A stretch of DNA of 63,954 nt, the filler included, from Acidimicrobiia bacterium (GTDB lineage Bacteria > Actinomycetota > Acidimicrobiia > Spongiisociales > JAENVV01): NCBI GenBank assembly GCA_041577335.1. It is 3 parts of 3 records of this genome, joined end to end, with 100 filler letters (N's around TTAATTAATTAA, not from the genome) between each part and the next. Parts side by side here need not be neighbours in the genome. Positions count along the whole stretch, not along the records: positions 1 to 28,581 come from JBFGJH010000043.1; 2 more parts are not named here. One strand, given 5' to 3'. Below are positions 18,690-27,744 of this stretch, piece after piece. The notes under the pieces were generated by a model. That model worked only from the letters and a program-made list of their open reading frames with translations, was not told the DNA's origin and did not search any database. The position numbers were made by a program, and so were the translations under genes. Each line of letters starts with the position of its first letter. Position 1 is the stretch's first letter.

Positions 18690-19367
18690 ATGACCATTGT
18701 TGGCCTTGTCCTCGGTGCCGGCTCGTCGCGCCGGCTGGGTCGTCCCAAGCAGACCCTGAGTCTTGGAAACGACACCGTGTTAGGCCGGGCGCTCGCCTGC
18801 GCCAACACATCCCGACTGGACCGCGTGGTGCTCGTCGTCGGCAGTGCTGCCGACGAAGCCTTGGCATCGATCGCGGTCGGTCGTGCGGATGTCGCTTTCA
18901 ACGATTCATATGGCGAAGGCTGCGCCAGTTCCCTGCTGGCCGGCCTCGACTCGGCCGGCGACTGCGACGGCATCATGCTCCTGCTTGGCGACATGCCGAC
19001 GGTGGAACCCGGCACGGTCGACCGTGTCCTTGGTTATGTGACAACCAACCGGCCGTGGGCAGCTGTGACGTCCTATCGGGGGACCATCGGCCATCCGTTC
19101 TTCTTTTCAGCGGATGCTTTTGAGCGGCTGCGGATGCTGCACGGAGACAAGGCTGTGTGGAAGATCGTCGAGGAGGAGCCGGAGAGCCGGATCCCCCGAG
19201 TACCAATCGATGCCCCGCTGCCGCCTGACATCGACACCTGGGATGACTACCAGGCAGTCCTCGATGAGCTCGAACTCGAAGCTCCAGCCGGCCTCATACC
19301 CGGAAGCTCTCGATCTCCGGGCCATCCCGCGACCGACCCCGATCGATCGGCCCCGAGTGGGTGGTAG
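18690..19367 (+). CDS. mocA: Molybdenum cofactor cytidylyltransferase (MocA-like nucleotidyltransferase)
   Basis: LGAGSSRRLGRPKQTL, LLGDMP, GHPFFF, LHGDK, DIDTWDDY; adjacent to the cox cluster. Confidence 0.82.
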   Translation: MTIVGLVLGAGSSRRLGRPKQTLSLGNDTVLGRALACANTSRLDRVVLVVGSAADEALASIAVGRADVAFNDSYGEGCASSLLAGLDSAGDCDGIMLLLGDMPTVEPGTVDRVLGYVTTNRPWAAVTSYRGTIGHPFFFSADAFERLRMLHGDKAVWKIVEEEPESRIPRVPIDAPLPPDIDTWDDYQAVLDELELEAPAGLIPGSSRSPGHPATDPDRSAPSGW

Positions 19368-19396
19368 ACAGGCGACGGGAAGCTCGTTGGGTTCTA

Positions 19397-20347
19397 TCAA
19401 ATGAAGGCGGCAGGTTCCTTTTCGAACTGGTTCTGGCATGCGGGACAGCAGAAGAAGATCGTATCGCCGTCGTGCTCGGTGCTGAACTTGGCAGAAGCGA
19501 CATCGACCGTCATCCCGCACACAGGGTCGATCGCCTCGGCCAAGGGGCGACTCGCCTGGGATGCGCCCCCAATGGCTCCTGCGGCGCGAAGCTCCACCAA
19601 CCGGGCCAGGATTGCCACGGCGATCTCGCGGTGTTCGATGGCGCCGAGGTCCAATCCTGCCGGGGTCTCGATCCTGTCGATCGCATCTTGTTGGAAACCC
19701 CGATCTCTGAGGTAACCGACCACGGCGTCGGCGCGGCGAGCTGATGCAACGAGCCCAATGTAGGGAGCATCAGATTTCAGAGCGGCTTCCAGCGCCGGTT
19801 CGTCGTAGTGACCCTGCGTGGCGACAACGACCGGAGTGAATTCGTCGACTCCGAGGTTGGCCCAGCTCTCGAGGGGAACTTGGTGAGCCGCTTCTGACAG
19901 GCCACCGCCAGAGCCGACCACCGTCACCCGCCACTCGAGAGCGAGTATGAGGTTCGCCAACGTCGATACCGCAGGTGAATTGCCGACGACGATCACGTGC
20001 GGTTGCGGGAGTACTGGCTCCATGAAGACCTCCAGAGATCCTTCCGACGCGCAGGCGATGGGTACCGTCACCACCCCTGGGCGTTGATGCCCGTCGAGCT
20101 CATCTGGCGGGCCCAAGTACATCAACCTGGCTTCTCCATCATTGAGGACGCGTCGCGCCTCCCTGAGGACCGCCGGCTCTGCGCAGGCACCACCGATCCA
20201 TCCGTGGATCGACCCGTCCGCCTCGATGATGGCCGAGCCTCCCGGTTTGCCCGAGGTGGGTGATCGGGACCATACGACCGTTGCCAGGACGAACGGCCGG
20301 TGCCTGCGATGCAGGTCGGCGGCCAGACCAAGGAGCTGACGGTCCAC
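19397..20347 (-). CDS. XdhC/CoxF-family Mo-hydroxylase maturation protein with C-terminal YHS domain
   Basis: GWIGGACAE, VATQGHYDE, YIGLVAS, PAGLDLGA; C-terminal DPVCGMTVD...FFCCPAC. Confidence 0.9.
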   Translation of the reverse strand: MDRQLLGLAADLHRRHRPFVLATVVWSRSPTSGKPGGSAIIEADGSIHGWIGGACAEPAVLREARRVLNDGEARLMYLGPPDELDGHQRPGVVTVPIACASEGSLEVFMEPVLPQPHVIVVGNSPAVSTLANLILALEWRVTVVGSGGGLSEAAHQVPLESWANLGVDEFTPVVVATQGHYDEPALEAALKSDAPYIGLVASARRADAVVGYLRDRGFQQDAIDRIETPAGLDLGAIEHREIAVAILARLVELRAAGAIGGASQASRPLAEAIDPVCGMTVDVASAKFSTEHDGDTIFFCCPACQNQFEKEPAAFI

Positions 20348-20356
20348 GGCCGTCCG

Positions 20357-22726
20357 CTACGAGTTGTCCTGCAGGGCCTGCCACACCCGATCCGGCAAGA
20401 CCGGCATATCGATGTTCCGCACACCTAGGTGGGCGATCGCATCGATGACGGCATTCACGTAGGCCGCCGGCGAACCAACGGTCGCCGACTCGCCGACGCC
20501 CTTGGCGCCGATCGGATGGTGAGGAGACGGCGTGACCGTTTCCTCGAGCTCGAAGCGCGGAGTCTCCCAGGCGGTTGGGATCAGGTAGTCCATGAAGTTG
20601 GAGCCGATGCAGTTGCCGGCCTCGTCGAAGGTGATCCATTGCATCGACGACATGGCGAAACCTTCGGCCAGTCCGCCCTGGATCTGCCCATCGACGATCA
20701 TCGGGTTGATGCGCACTCCGCAGTCGTCGACGGCGACCATGCGACGTACTTTCCACTCGCCGGTGCCCTGATCGAGGTCGACGACCACGATGTAGCTACC
20801 GAACGGATAGGTCATGTTCGGTGGGTCGTAGTAATGGACGCCTTCGAGCCCTGCTTCCATCCCTTCGGGGTGGTTGGTATATGCAGCGAAGGCGATGTCC
20901 TGAATCGTGACCGCTGATTCGGGCGAGCCCTTCACGTAGAACTTGCCGATCTCCCATTCGAGATCCTCCTCGGAGGCTTCGAGCAGGTGGGCAGCGATCT
21001 TCTTGGCCTTTTCACGGAGTTGGCGGGCAACCATAGACGTCGCCGCGCCGGCAACCGGGGTCGATCGGGACGCATAGGTACCAAGACCGTACGGCGTGTT
21101 GTCGGTGTCGCCCTCGACCACCTTTATGTCTGTGACCGGAATGCCGAGCTCTTCGGCGACGATCTGTCCAAAGGTCGTTTCGTGGCCCTGGCCTTGCGAC
21201 TTGACCCCGAGCTTGAGGATTGCCTTGCCGGTGGGATGGATCCGGAGCTCAGCCGAATCGAACATCTTCAGGCCCAGGATGTCGAAGTCCTTGGAGTTGC
21301 CCGCTCCGACGACCTCTGTGAACGAGGCGACGCCGATGCCCATCAACCTGCCCTCGGCTCTCGCAGCGGCTTGTTCGGCTCTGAGCTCCTCGTAGCCAAT
21401 CGCATCCATTGCCACGCGCAACGCCTTCTCATAGTCGCCCGAGTCGTACACGAAGCCCGTGGGGGAGTGGTACGGGAATTGGTCCGGCTGGATGAAGTTC
21501 TTCATGCGGATCTCGACAGGGTCCATTTCCAATTCGTATGCGGCGTTCTGGACGAGCCGCTCGATGAGGTACGAAGCCTCGGTCACCCGGAATGAGCAGC
21601 GGTAGGCAACTCCACCCGGGGCCTTGTTCGTGTAGACGCCCTTTGTCACAACGTGGGCGGCCGGAAAGTCGTATGACCCCGTGACGATGTGAAAGAGCCC
21701 AGCTCTGAACTTCGTTGGCTGGGCGTCGGCATAGAACGCGCCCTGATCGGACAACATGTCGACCTTGAGACCGAGGATCTTCCCCTCGCTCGTCAAGGCA
21801 AGCTCGCCCTTCATGTAGTAGTCGCGTGCAAAGCCGGTCGAGATGAGGTTGCCGGTTCGAGACTCGATCCACTTCACCGGCTTGCCGATGACCAGCGAGG
21901 CTGCCGTGGCAATGACATAACCCGGGTATACCGGCACCTTGTTGCCGAATCCACCCCCGATGTCCGGCGAGATGATCCGGATGTTCTGCTCGGGCAGCCC
22001 CGCCACGAGAGCAAACACGGTTCGATGTGCGTGGGGCGCCTGTGATGTCATGTACACCGTGACCTGGCCGCTGGCAGGGTTCACGTCGGCAACACAGCCG
22101 CATGTTTCGAGTGGAGACGGATGCGAGCGGGGGTAGTGGGTTTCGAGCGCCACAACATGGTCGGCTTTGGCGAACGCGTCGGCGACCATCGCAGCGTCGC
22201 CCGATTCCCACGTATACGCGACGTTGTCGGTCTTGTCCTCGAGGTCCGTGCGGATGATCGGTGCATCCGGTTCGAGGCCCTGCATCGGGTTGGTGATGGG
22301 ATCGAGGGGCTCGTATTCCACGTCGACGAGCTCAGCAGCGTCGCGAGCGATGTAGGGATCGGTGGCGACCACTGCAGCGACCTCCTGGCCCTGGAAACGG
22401 ACCTTGTCCGTTGCCAGCACCGCCTGCGTGTCACCCGACAGAGTGGGCATCCACGCAAGGTTGTACTGCGCAAGCAGCTCCCCGGTGACAACCGCGACCA
22501 CGCCCTCGACGGCTTCTGCTTCGGAGGTGTCGATTGAGATGATCTCAGCGTGGGCGAACGGACTGCGCACGAGAACCATATGCAGCATCCCGGGCAGCAC
22601 GACATCGTCGACATAGTTGCCGGCGCCCTGGATGAAACGATCATCCTCGAGTCTGCGGACGCGATGCCCGACCCCTCCCACCTCAGATGAAGTGGCCGGG
22701 TTGTGGTGATCAGCAAATGTGGTCAT
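20357..22726 (-). CDS. coxL: Aerobic CO dehydrogenase large subunit, form I
   Basis: Diagnostic active-site VAYRCSFR (AYxCSFR); GGGFGNK, QGQGHET, AKGVGES. Confidence 0.96.
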   Translation of the reverse strand: MTTFADHHNPATSSEVGGVGHRVRRLEDDRFIQGAGNYVDDVVLPGMLHMVLVRSPFAHAEIISIDTSEAEAVEGVVAVVTGELLAQYNLAWMPTLSGDTQAVLATDKVRFQGQEVAAVVATDPYIARDAAELVDVEYEPLDPITNPMQGLEPDAPIIRTDLEDKTDNVAYTWESGDAAMVADAFAKADHVVALETHYPRSHPSPLETCGCVADVNPASGQVTVYMTSQAPHAHRTVFALVAGLPEQNIRIISPDIGGGFGNKVPVYPGYVIATAASLVIGKPVKWIESRTGNLISTGFARDYYMKGELALTSEGKILGLKVDMLSDQGAFYADAQPTKFRAGLFHIVTGSYDFPAAHVVTKGVYTNKAPGGVAYRCSFRVTEASYLIERLVQNAAYELEMDPVEIRMKNFIQPDQFPYHSPTGFVYDSGDYEKALRVAMDAIGYEELRAEQAAARAEGRLMGIGVASFTEVVGAGNSKDFDILGLKMFDSAELRIHPTGKAILKLGVKSQGQGHETTFGQIVAEELGIPVTDIKVVEGDTDNTPYGLGTYASRSTPVAGAATSMVARQLREKAKKIAAHLLEASEEDLEWEIGKFYVKGSPESAVTIQDIAFAAYTNHPEGMEAGLEGVHYYDPPNMTYPFGSYIVVVDLDQGTGEWKVRRMVAVDDCGVRINPMIVDGQIQGGLAEGFAMSSMQWITFDEAGNCIGSNFMDYLIPTAWETPRFELEETVTPSPHHPIGAKGVGESATVGSPAAYVNAVIDAIAHLGVRNIDMPVLPDRVWQALQDNS

Positions 22727-22735
22727 GGCAGTCTC

Positions 22736-23212
22736 CTAGGCCCCGGCTCCAGCTTGCGTCATTTCGCCGGCAAGCTGAATCGATTTCACGATGTTGATAT
22801 AGCCTGTGCAGCGGCACAGATTTCCTGAGATGGCCCACCGCACTTCGTCTTCGGTCGGGCTCGGATTGTTCTCGATGAGGTGAGATCCGACCAGCATCAT
22901 CGCCGGCGTGCAGTAGCCGCATTGAAGGCCGTGGGCCTCCTTGAACGCCTGTTGGATCGGATGGAGGTTCCCGTTCTCCTTCAAACCCTCGACTGTCTTG
23001 ACCGATCGACCGTCCACCTGGACCGCGAACATGGTGCATGACTTCACCGGGGTTCCGTCTACGAGAACCGTGCACACCCCGCAGCTGGTCGTGTCGCAGC
23101 CGATGTGGGTGCCCGTGAGGGTCAGGGTCGTGCGGATGAAATCCACGAGCAGCATGCGGGGCTCGACATCCGCCGTGCGATCGGAACCGTTGATGTTGAC
23201 AGAGATTTCCAT
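22736..23212 (-). CDS. coxS: CO dehydrogenase small [2Fe-2S] subunit
   Basis: GCDTTSCGVCTV, QCGYCTP, GNLCRCTGY; start ATG 23212. Confidence 0.95.
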   Translation of the reverse strand: MEISVNINGSDRTADVEPRMLLVDFIRTTLTLTGTHIGCDTTSCGVCTVLVDGTPVKSCTMFAVQVDGRSVKTVEGLKENGNLHPIQQAFKEAHGLQCGYCTPAMMLVGSHLIENNPSPTEDEVRWAISGNLCRCTGYINIVKSIQLAGEMTQAGAGA

Positions 23213-23220
23213 TATTCCTC

Positions 23221-24093
23221 CTACCCTCCCTGAGCCGCGGCCAGTGAGGCGGCGAGGCCACGTTCCACAAATACCCTCACGACGTCTCGCTTGTAGTCCG
23301 CCGAGCCGCGTACGTCGTCGACTGGCTCGCATGCTTGCTTGGCGATCTGAGCGGCCTCCGAGAACAAGGCCTCGCTGGGGGTGTTGCCGACCAGGGCGGC
23401 CTCGGCATCCGGGACCTTGAGGTTGTGGTGATACACCGACGTAAGGGCAACACCGGCATTCGTGATGGTGTCATCCGGGCCCAACTCGAGGTGCGTTGCG
23501 ACGCCTACCGTTGCGTAGTCACCGACTTTCCGCTCGAGTTTCTGATAGTTCCCGCCTCCAATGGTGTATTTGGGGATTCGGATCTCGGTGACCATCTCGG
23601 TTGGCTGGCACGCGGTGGTGAACATGTCGACCAGAAACTCTGTCGCCGGTATGACACGCTCCCCACCGTCCCTCGACTCCACGACCACCTCGGCTCCGAT
23701 CGCCAACATCACCGATGCCCAATCACCTTCGGGATCGTGGTGAGCGATGGAACCGCACACCGTTCCGAGGTTACGGATGATGGGGTCGGCGATCCATGGC
23801 GCAGCGCTCGCCATGCACCCATTGCTGTTCGTGATGGTGGCGGAGCGGACAACATCGTTGTGCCGTACCAGCGCCTGTACGCGGACGTGACCATTGACGT
23901 CTTCGATGGCGTCGAGGCCAGGCAGCCGATTGATGTCCATCAGGGTTGGCGGGCTGGCAAACCGCAGCTTCATCATCGGAATCAGGCTCTGGCCTCCCGC
24001 GAGGATCTTCACCTCGTCGCCGCGCTCGGCAAGAAGCTCGAGTGCTTCGTCCTTGGTGGTTGGCCGCAGATAGTCGAACGCTCTCGGGTACAT
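23221..24093 (-). CDS. coxM: CO dehydrogenase medium FAD subunit
   Basis: AGGQSLIPMMKLR, IADPIIRNLGTVCGSIAHHDP, ERKVGDYA, DDVRGSADYK; start ATG 24093 follows GGAGGAG. Confidence 0.94.
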   Translation of the reverse strand: MYPRAFDYLRPTTKDEALELLAERGDEVKILAGGQSLIPMMKLRFASPPTLMDINRLPGLDAIEDVNGHVRVQALVRHNDVVRSATITNSNGCMASAAPWIADPIIRNLGTVCGSIAHHDPEGDWASVMLAIGAEVVVESRDGGERVIPATEFLVDMFTTACQPTEMVTEIRIPKYTIGGGNYQKLERKVGDYATVGVATHLELGPDDTITNAGVALTSVYHHNLKVPDAEAALVGNTPSEALFSEAAQIAKQACEPVDDVRGSADYKRDVVRVFVERGLAASLAAAQGG

Positions 24094-24209
24094 AGCTCCT
24101 CCCGGACCAGATGACCCCTCCGAACCTACCGACCATCGATTGAACGCGGAGCCGAGAACGACGTTTTTCCCCTGCTCGGCGAGCGGGCCGCTCGTTCCGA
24201 ACAGCTGCC

Positions 24210-24851
24210 TTACTCTGGCTCGAAGACCAGGTACGGGGTGTAGTCGTCGAGGATGCCGTAGTCGCCCGAGTACTCGTACCCGTAGAAGTTCTCGAACAGG
24301 AACATGCGCGGTGGGAACCAGGTCAAGGTCACTGCCAGGGCCGTCATGACGGCAAGCGCAGCGAGGCCACGGCGCCGGGATTTCTTGCCGCGCGCGGGGC
24401 TGACCATTATCCGATAAGCGAGCCATTCGCCGAGCACGACGCCGAACACGCCGGTCCCGATGTCGAGAGCCAGCGTCCCTCGCCCCCAGATGGGGAGCAC
24501 GATTCCCAGGTAGAAGTAGAACGAAACGACGATGCCGATCGGGGTAACGGCGAGTGCTACCGCCTTGGCCACCCAGTAGTTGTTGGCGTACTCCTTGACG
24601 TATGCGTGCTGAACCAGAGCAAAGATGAGACCCCCCCAGAAGAAGATCTTCAGGTGCTCGTAGGTGGATTCGTTGACGGAGCCAAACTGCGCCATCGGCG
24701 TCCAGAAGCCGGACAGTTCGTAGGCAAAATGCAGCAGAGAAGCGAGCAGCGTGACGACGACGACTGCGGTCGATTGCCACAGAGCGAGTGCCCGCCGAGG
24801 ATTCGCAGGGGCGGCTCGGATGCGAGGTTGGGTGTCCGGGTCGCTCGTCAA
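24210..24851 (-). CDS. Uncharacterised membrane protein (DUF6512-like)
   Basis: ASLLHFAYELSG...FGSVNESTYEHLKIFFW; about 5 TM; TTG start overlaps the hupE stop. Family name recalled from motif. Confidence 0.72.
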   Translation of the reverse strand: MTSDPDTQPRIRAAPANPRRALALWQSTAVVVVTLLASLLHFAYELSGFWTPMAQFGSVNESTYEHLKIFFWGGLIFALVQHAYVKEYANNYWVAKAVALAVTPIGIVVSFYFYLGIVLPIWGRGTLALDIGTGVFGVVLGEWLAYRIMVSPARGKKSRRRGLAALAVMTALAVTLTWFPPRMFLFENFYGYEYSGDYGILDDYTPYLVFEPE

Positions 24852-25486
24852 ATCGCACCAAACAAGAACAGCGCACCGACCAGGGCTGTCGTAGCGCCCC
24901 CTACTCGCAAGACAATCCGACCCGCCGAATATCGCTTGGCGGCGTCACCGGTGAGTACCCCGGTCAGATGAATGGCTGCAGTGCCGGTGAGAAAACCCAA
25001 GGCGTAAACCACCGGCCGGGCGATGTCCGGCGTTTCGGCACCATGGGCATAACCGTGGAACATCGCGAAGAACGCGACCGCCAGCATGGTCAGCGCCAGT
25101 GGGAGCGAGCGTTCGAGCGCTATCACAATGCCCAGTGCCAGCACCGAGACTGCGATTCCGAATTCGATGAGGCCGGATGAGATCTCAAAGCCGCTGAGCC
25201 GGCCGACCAGGCCTCCGACGGCCATGACCGAGACGAAGGTCGCCGGAACGGTCCATATTGCCCTCCCGCCGATCTGCGCTGACACCACACCTACCGACAC
25301 CATCGCCAGAAAGTGATCGAGGCCGAGTACCGGGTGTGTCAGGCCGCCGAGGAAGCTCCCGAATCGAATCACCTGGCCTTCGTGGGCGGCGGCCACCTCG
25401 GGGAGCAGCGTGACGAGCGCCATCGCAACGAACCCGAGTAATGAGAAGCGATGCCAGGTCACGAAGATCGTACGGAGGGATGGCAT
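24848..25486 (-). CDS. HupE/UreJ family Ni/Co permease
   Basis: AAAHEG, GGLTHPVLGLDHFLAMVSVG, FAMFHGYAHGAE, GFLTGTAAIHLTG. Exact start uncertain. Confidence 0.9.
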   Translation of the reverse strand: MPSLRTIFVTWHRFSLLGFVAMALVTLLPEVAAAHEGQVIRFGSFLGGLTHPVLGLDHFLAMVSVGVVSAQIGGRAIWTVPATFVSVMAVGGLVGRLSGFEISSGLIEFGIAVSVLALGIVIALERSLPLALTMLAVAFFAMFHGYAHGAETPDIARPVVYALGFLTGTAAIHLTGVLTGDAAKRYSAGRIVLRVGGATTALVGALFLFGAI

Positions 25487-25545
25487 ATGTTGGATTAATC
25501 TAAACCGGGGTTGTGCTTCGAAGGACGTTTGGAGGAAATGCACAC

Positions 25546-27744
25546 GTGGATCAGGTCTTCGAACTGACGCGCCTCCCCACCGGCGTCGGCGGGGAGAAGG
25601 CGCAGCGTCTGGCGTGGTTGAAGAGGAACGGCTACAACACGCCGGACGGCTTGGTGGTCCCGTCCGATGTGCCCAATACCTCGTCGGCGATTGCCGATTG
25701 GGTGCACACCTCTCGTCACTACGTCGTGCGCTCGTCAGCCGATGGCGAGGATGGGTCGGTACATACGTTCGCCGGACAGTTCGACTCGATTCTGGATCTG
25801 AGCGGAATCACAGAAGTCGCCGCGGCAGTGGCGCAGGTCCGGCAGTCGGCCATGTCTGCGCGTGTGGTGTCGTATCGGGCCGATCCCGACGGCGACGTTT
25901 CGTGCATCGTTCAGCCAATGATTCGTTCCCAGGTCGGAGGCGTGGTGTTCACGCGCAATCCGGTCACCGGTCTCGACGAGGTAATCGTCGAGGCAGTCGT
26001 GGGAAGATCGAGCCAGCTCCTGGCGGACGGAATCGAGCCTGATCGCTGGGTGCATCGGTGGGGCGAGTTCGTCTCCACGCCCGAGGGGTCTCCCATCGAT
26101 CACTCACTCGTTGCGCAGGTTGTGGAGGCCGCTCGCGACATTGCCTCCCGATTCGGTCAGCCGCTCGACCTCGAGTGGATATGGGACGGAGAGCACCTGT
26201 GGTGGGTCCAGCTGCGGCCGATCGGTGGCCTCGATGTCACCGTGTACTCAAATCGCATTGCCCGCGAGGTGCTTCCCGGCGCGATCAAACCGCTCGTGTG
26301 GAGCATCAACGTTCCGCTCGTCAACGGAGCGTGGATCAGGCTTCTCGAACAAGCGACCGGGCCGACCGGTCTGACCGTCGACGACCTCGCCAAACCTTTC
26401 GCGCACCACGCCTACTTCAACATGACGGCGATGGGCGACATCTTCGCTCACATGGGGATGCCGCGCGATTCGCTCGAACTCCTGCTGGGCCTGCCAGAGG
26501 GGCCCGAGAAACCCTCGATGAAGCCCAGTGCGAAAACCATGCGCATGCTGCCGCAGATGCTGGCGTTTGCTGCCCGGCGCGGTCGGGCAGTGGCTCACAC
26601 GCAGCGCGTGCTGGCCGAGGCGCCGCAACGGCTCGCTCCCGCGGCCACCCTTGACATAAAGCATTCCACCGATGGCGAACTTTGGCAGGCCGTGGAGCAC
26701 CTCGACGTCGTGGTCGGCGATATCGCCGAGTCGAACATCGTGGTACCGCTGCTCTTCAATATCTGGTCGGGGCTGTTACGGCGTCTATCAGGAGACGATG
26801 ATCTGGCCGCACTTTCGGTGGATGACGAGGTGGGCAGCGAGCTTGCCGAACACGACCCACAAGTATGGTTGAAGAGACTCGCCGAGATCGGCGAAAGTGG
26901 CTACGCGGACAGCGCCCGTGGCGAGTTCATCGATCGGTTCGGCCACCTCTCCGATTCCGGCAATGATTTTTCCACTCCCACATGGGCCGAGCAGCCTGAA
27001 GTCGTCGACAAACTGATTGCCGCGGCCGGTTCATCGACGGAGCGGCCTCCTCAACGCACCTGGGACGAAATCATCGCCGACCTTCCGCGCCGGAAGCGGG
27101 TGATGGTCGTTCGCCTCGGCCGTCAGGTTCGCCGGTACCGAGTCCTGCGCGAAGCTGTGGGCTCGCTGTATACGAAGGCGTACGGCCTCTATCGTCCCCT
27201 GTTCTTGGAGTTCGGTGCAAGGCTTGTTGCCCGGGGTGTCACGGAGACAATGGATGACGTGTTCTACCTGACTCGCGGCCAGGTGGCCGATCCACCGGCC
27301 GATGCCAGAGAGATCGTGGTGGCCCGTCGGACGGAGCTCGAGGCCTCTCGAGAGCTTCAGCTGCCAGAGACCATTTTCGGCGATGACTTCACTCCCTCAA
27401 CGCGCCCCGAGCTCTTGGCGGGCATGCTCACCGGAACCGCCGCATCTCGGGGCCGGTACACGGGACCAGCACGGGTCGTGACCTCCGTATCGCAGATCGA
27501 TGACGTGAAAGCCGGCGATGTGTTGGTGGTGCCGTTCTCGGACGTGGGCTGGACCCCGCTGTTCGCAAGCGCCGGTGCGGTCGTAGCCGAGTCGGGCGGT
27601 CTCCTGTCGCACTCATCCATCGTCGCCCGGGAGTATGGAATACCCTGCGTCGTCTCAGTGCCCGGAGCAACCAACATCGAGGACGGAGCGCTCGTAACTG
27701 TTGACGGATATCGAGGCGAGGTGGAGGTACACCTGAATGATTGA
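25546..27744 (+). CDS. PEP-utiliser (PPDK-family) phosphotransferase: ATP-grasp, central domain, C-terminal phospho-His swivel
   Basis: VGGEKA, VVRSSADGEDGSVHTFAGQF, IVQPMI, FTRNP, DLEW, QLRPI; C-terminal DVGWTPLF and ESGGLLSHSSIVAREYGIPCV. GTG start follows GGAGG. Confidence 0.9.
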   Translation: MDQVFELTRLPTGVGGEKAQRLAWLKRNGYNTPDGLVVPSDVPNTSSAIADWVHTSRHYVVRSSADGEDGSVHTFAGQFDSILDLSGITEVAAAVAQVRQSAMSARVVSYRADPDGDVSCIVQPMIRSQVGGVVFTRNPVTGLDEVIVEAVVGRSSQLLADGIEPDRWVHRWGEFVSTPEGSPIDHSLVAQVVEAARDIASRFGQPLDLEWIWDGEHLWWVQLRPIGGLDVTVYSNRIAREVLPGAIKPLVWSINVPLVNGAWIRLLEQATGPTGLTVDDLAKPFAHHAYFNMTAMGDIFAHMGMPRDSLELLLGLPEGPEKPSMKPSAKTMRMLPQMLAFAARRGRAVAHTQRVLAEAPQRLAPAATLDIKHSTDGELWQAVEHLDVVVGDIAESNIVVPLLFNIWSGLLRRLSGDDDLAALSVDDEVGSELAEHDPQVWLKRLAEIGESGYADSARGEFIDRFGHLSDSGNDFSTPTWAEQPEVVDKLIAAAGSSTERPPQRTWDEIIADLPRRKRVMVVRLGRQVRRYRVLREAVGSLYTKAYGLYRPLFLEFGARLVARGVTETMDDVFYLTRGQVADPPADAREIVVARRTELEASRELQLPETIFGDDFTPSTRPELLAGMLTGTAASRGRYTGPARVVTSVSQIDDVKAGDVLVVPFSDVGWTPLFASAGAVVAESGGLLSHSSIVAREYGIPCVVSVPGATNIEDGALVTVDGYRGEVEVHLND

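Noticed and set aside
25546..27744. Calling this rifampin phosphotransferase or PEP synthase
   Set aside because: It shares the domain order with RPH only; rifamycin-binding residues could not be verified, and it lacks the C-terminal PEP-binding barrel of PpsA/PPDK.
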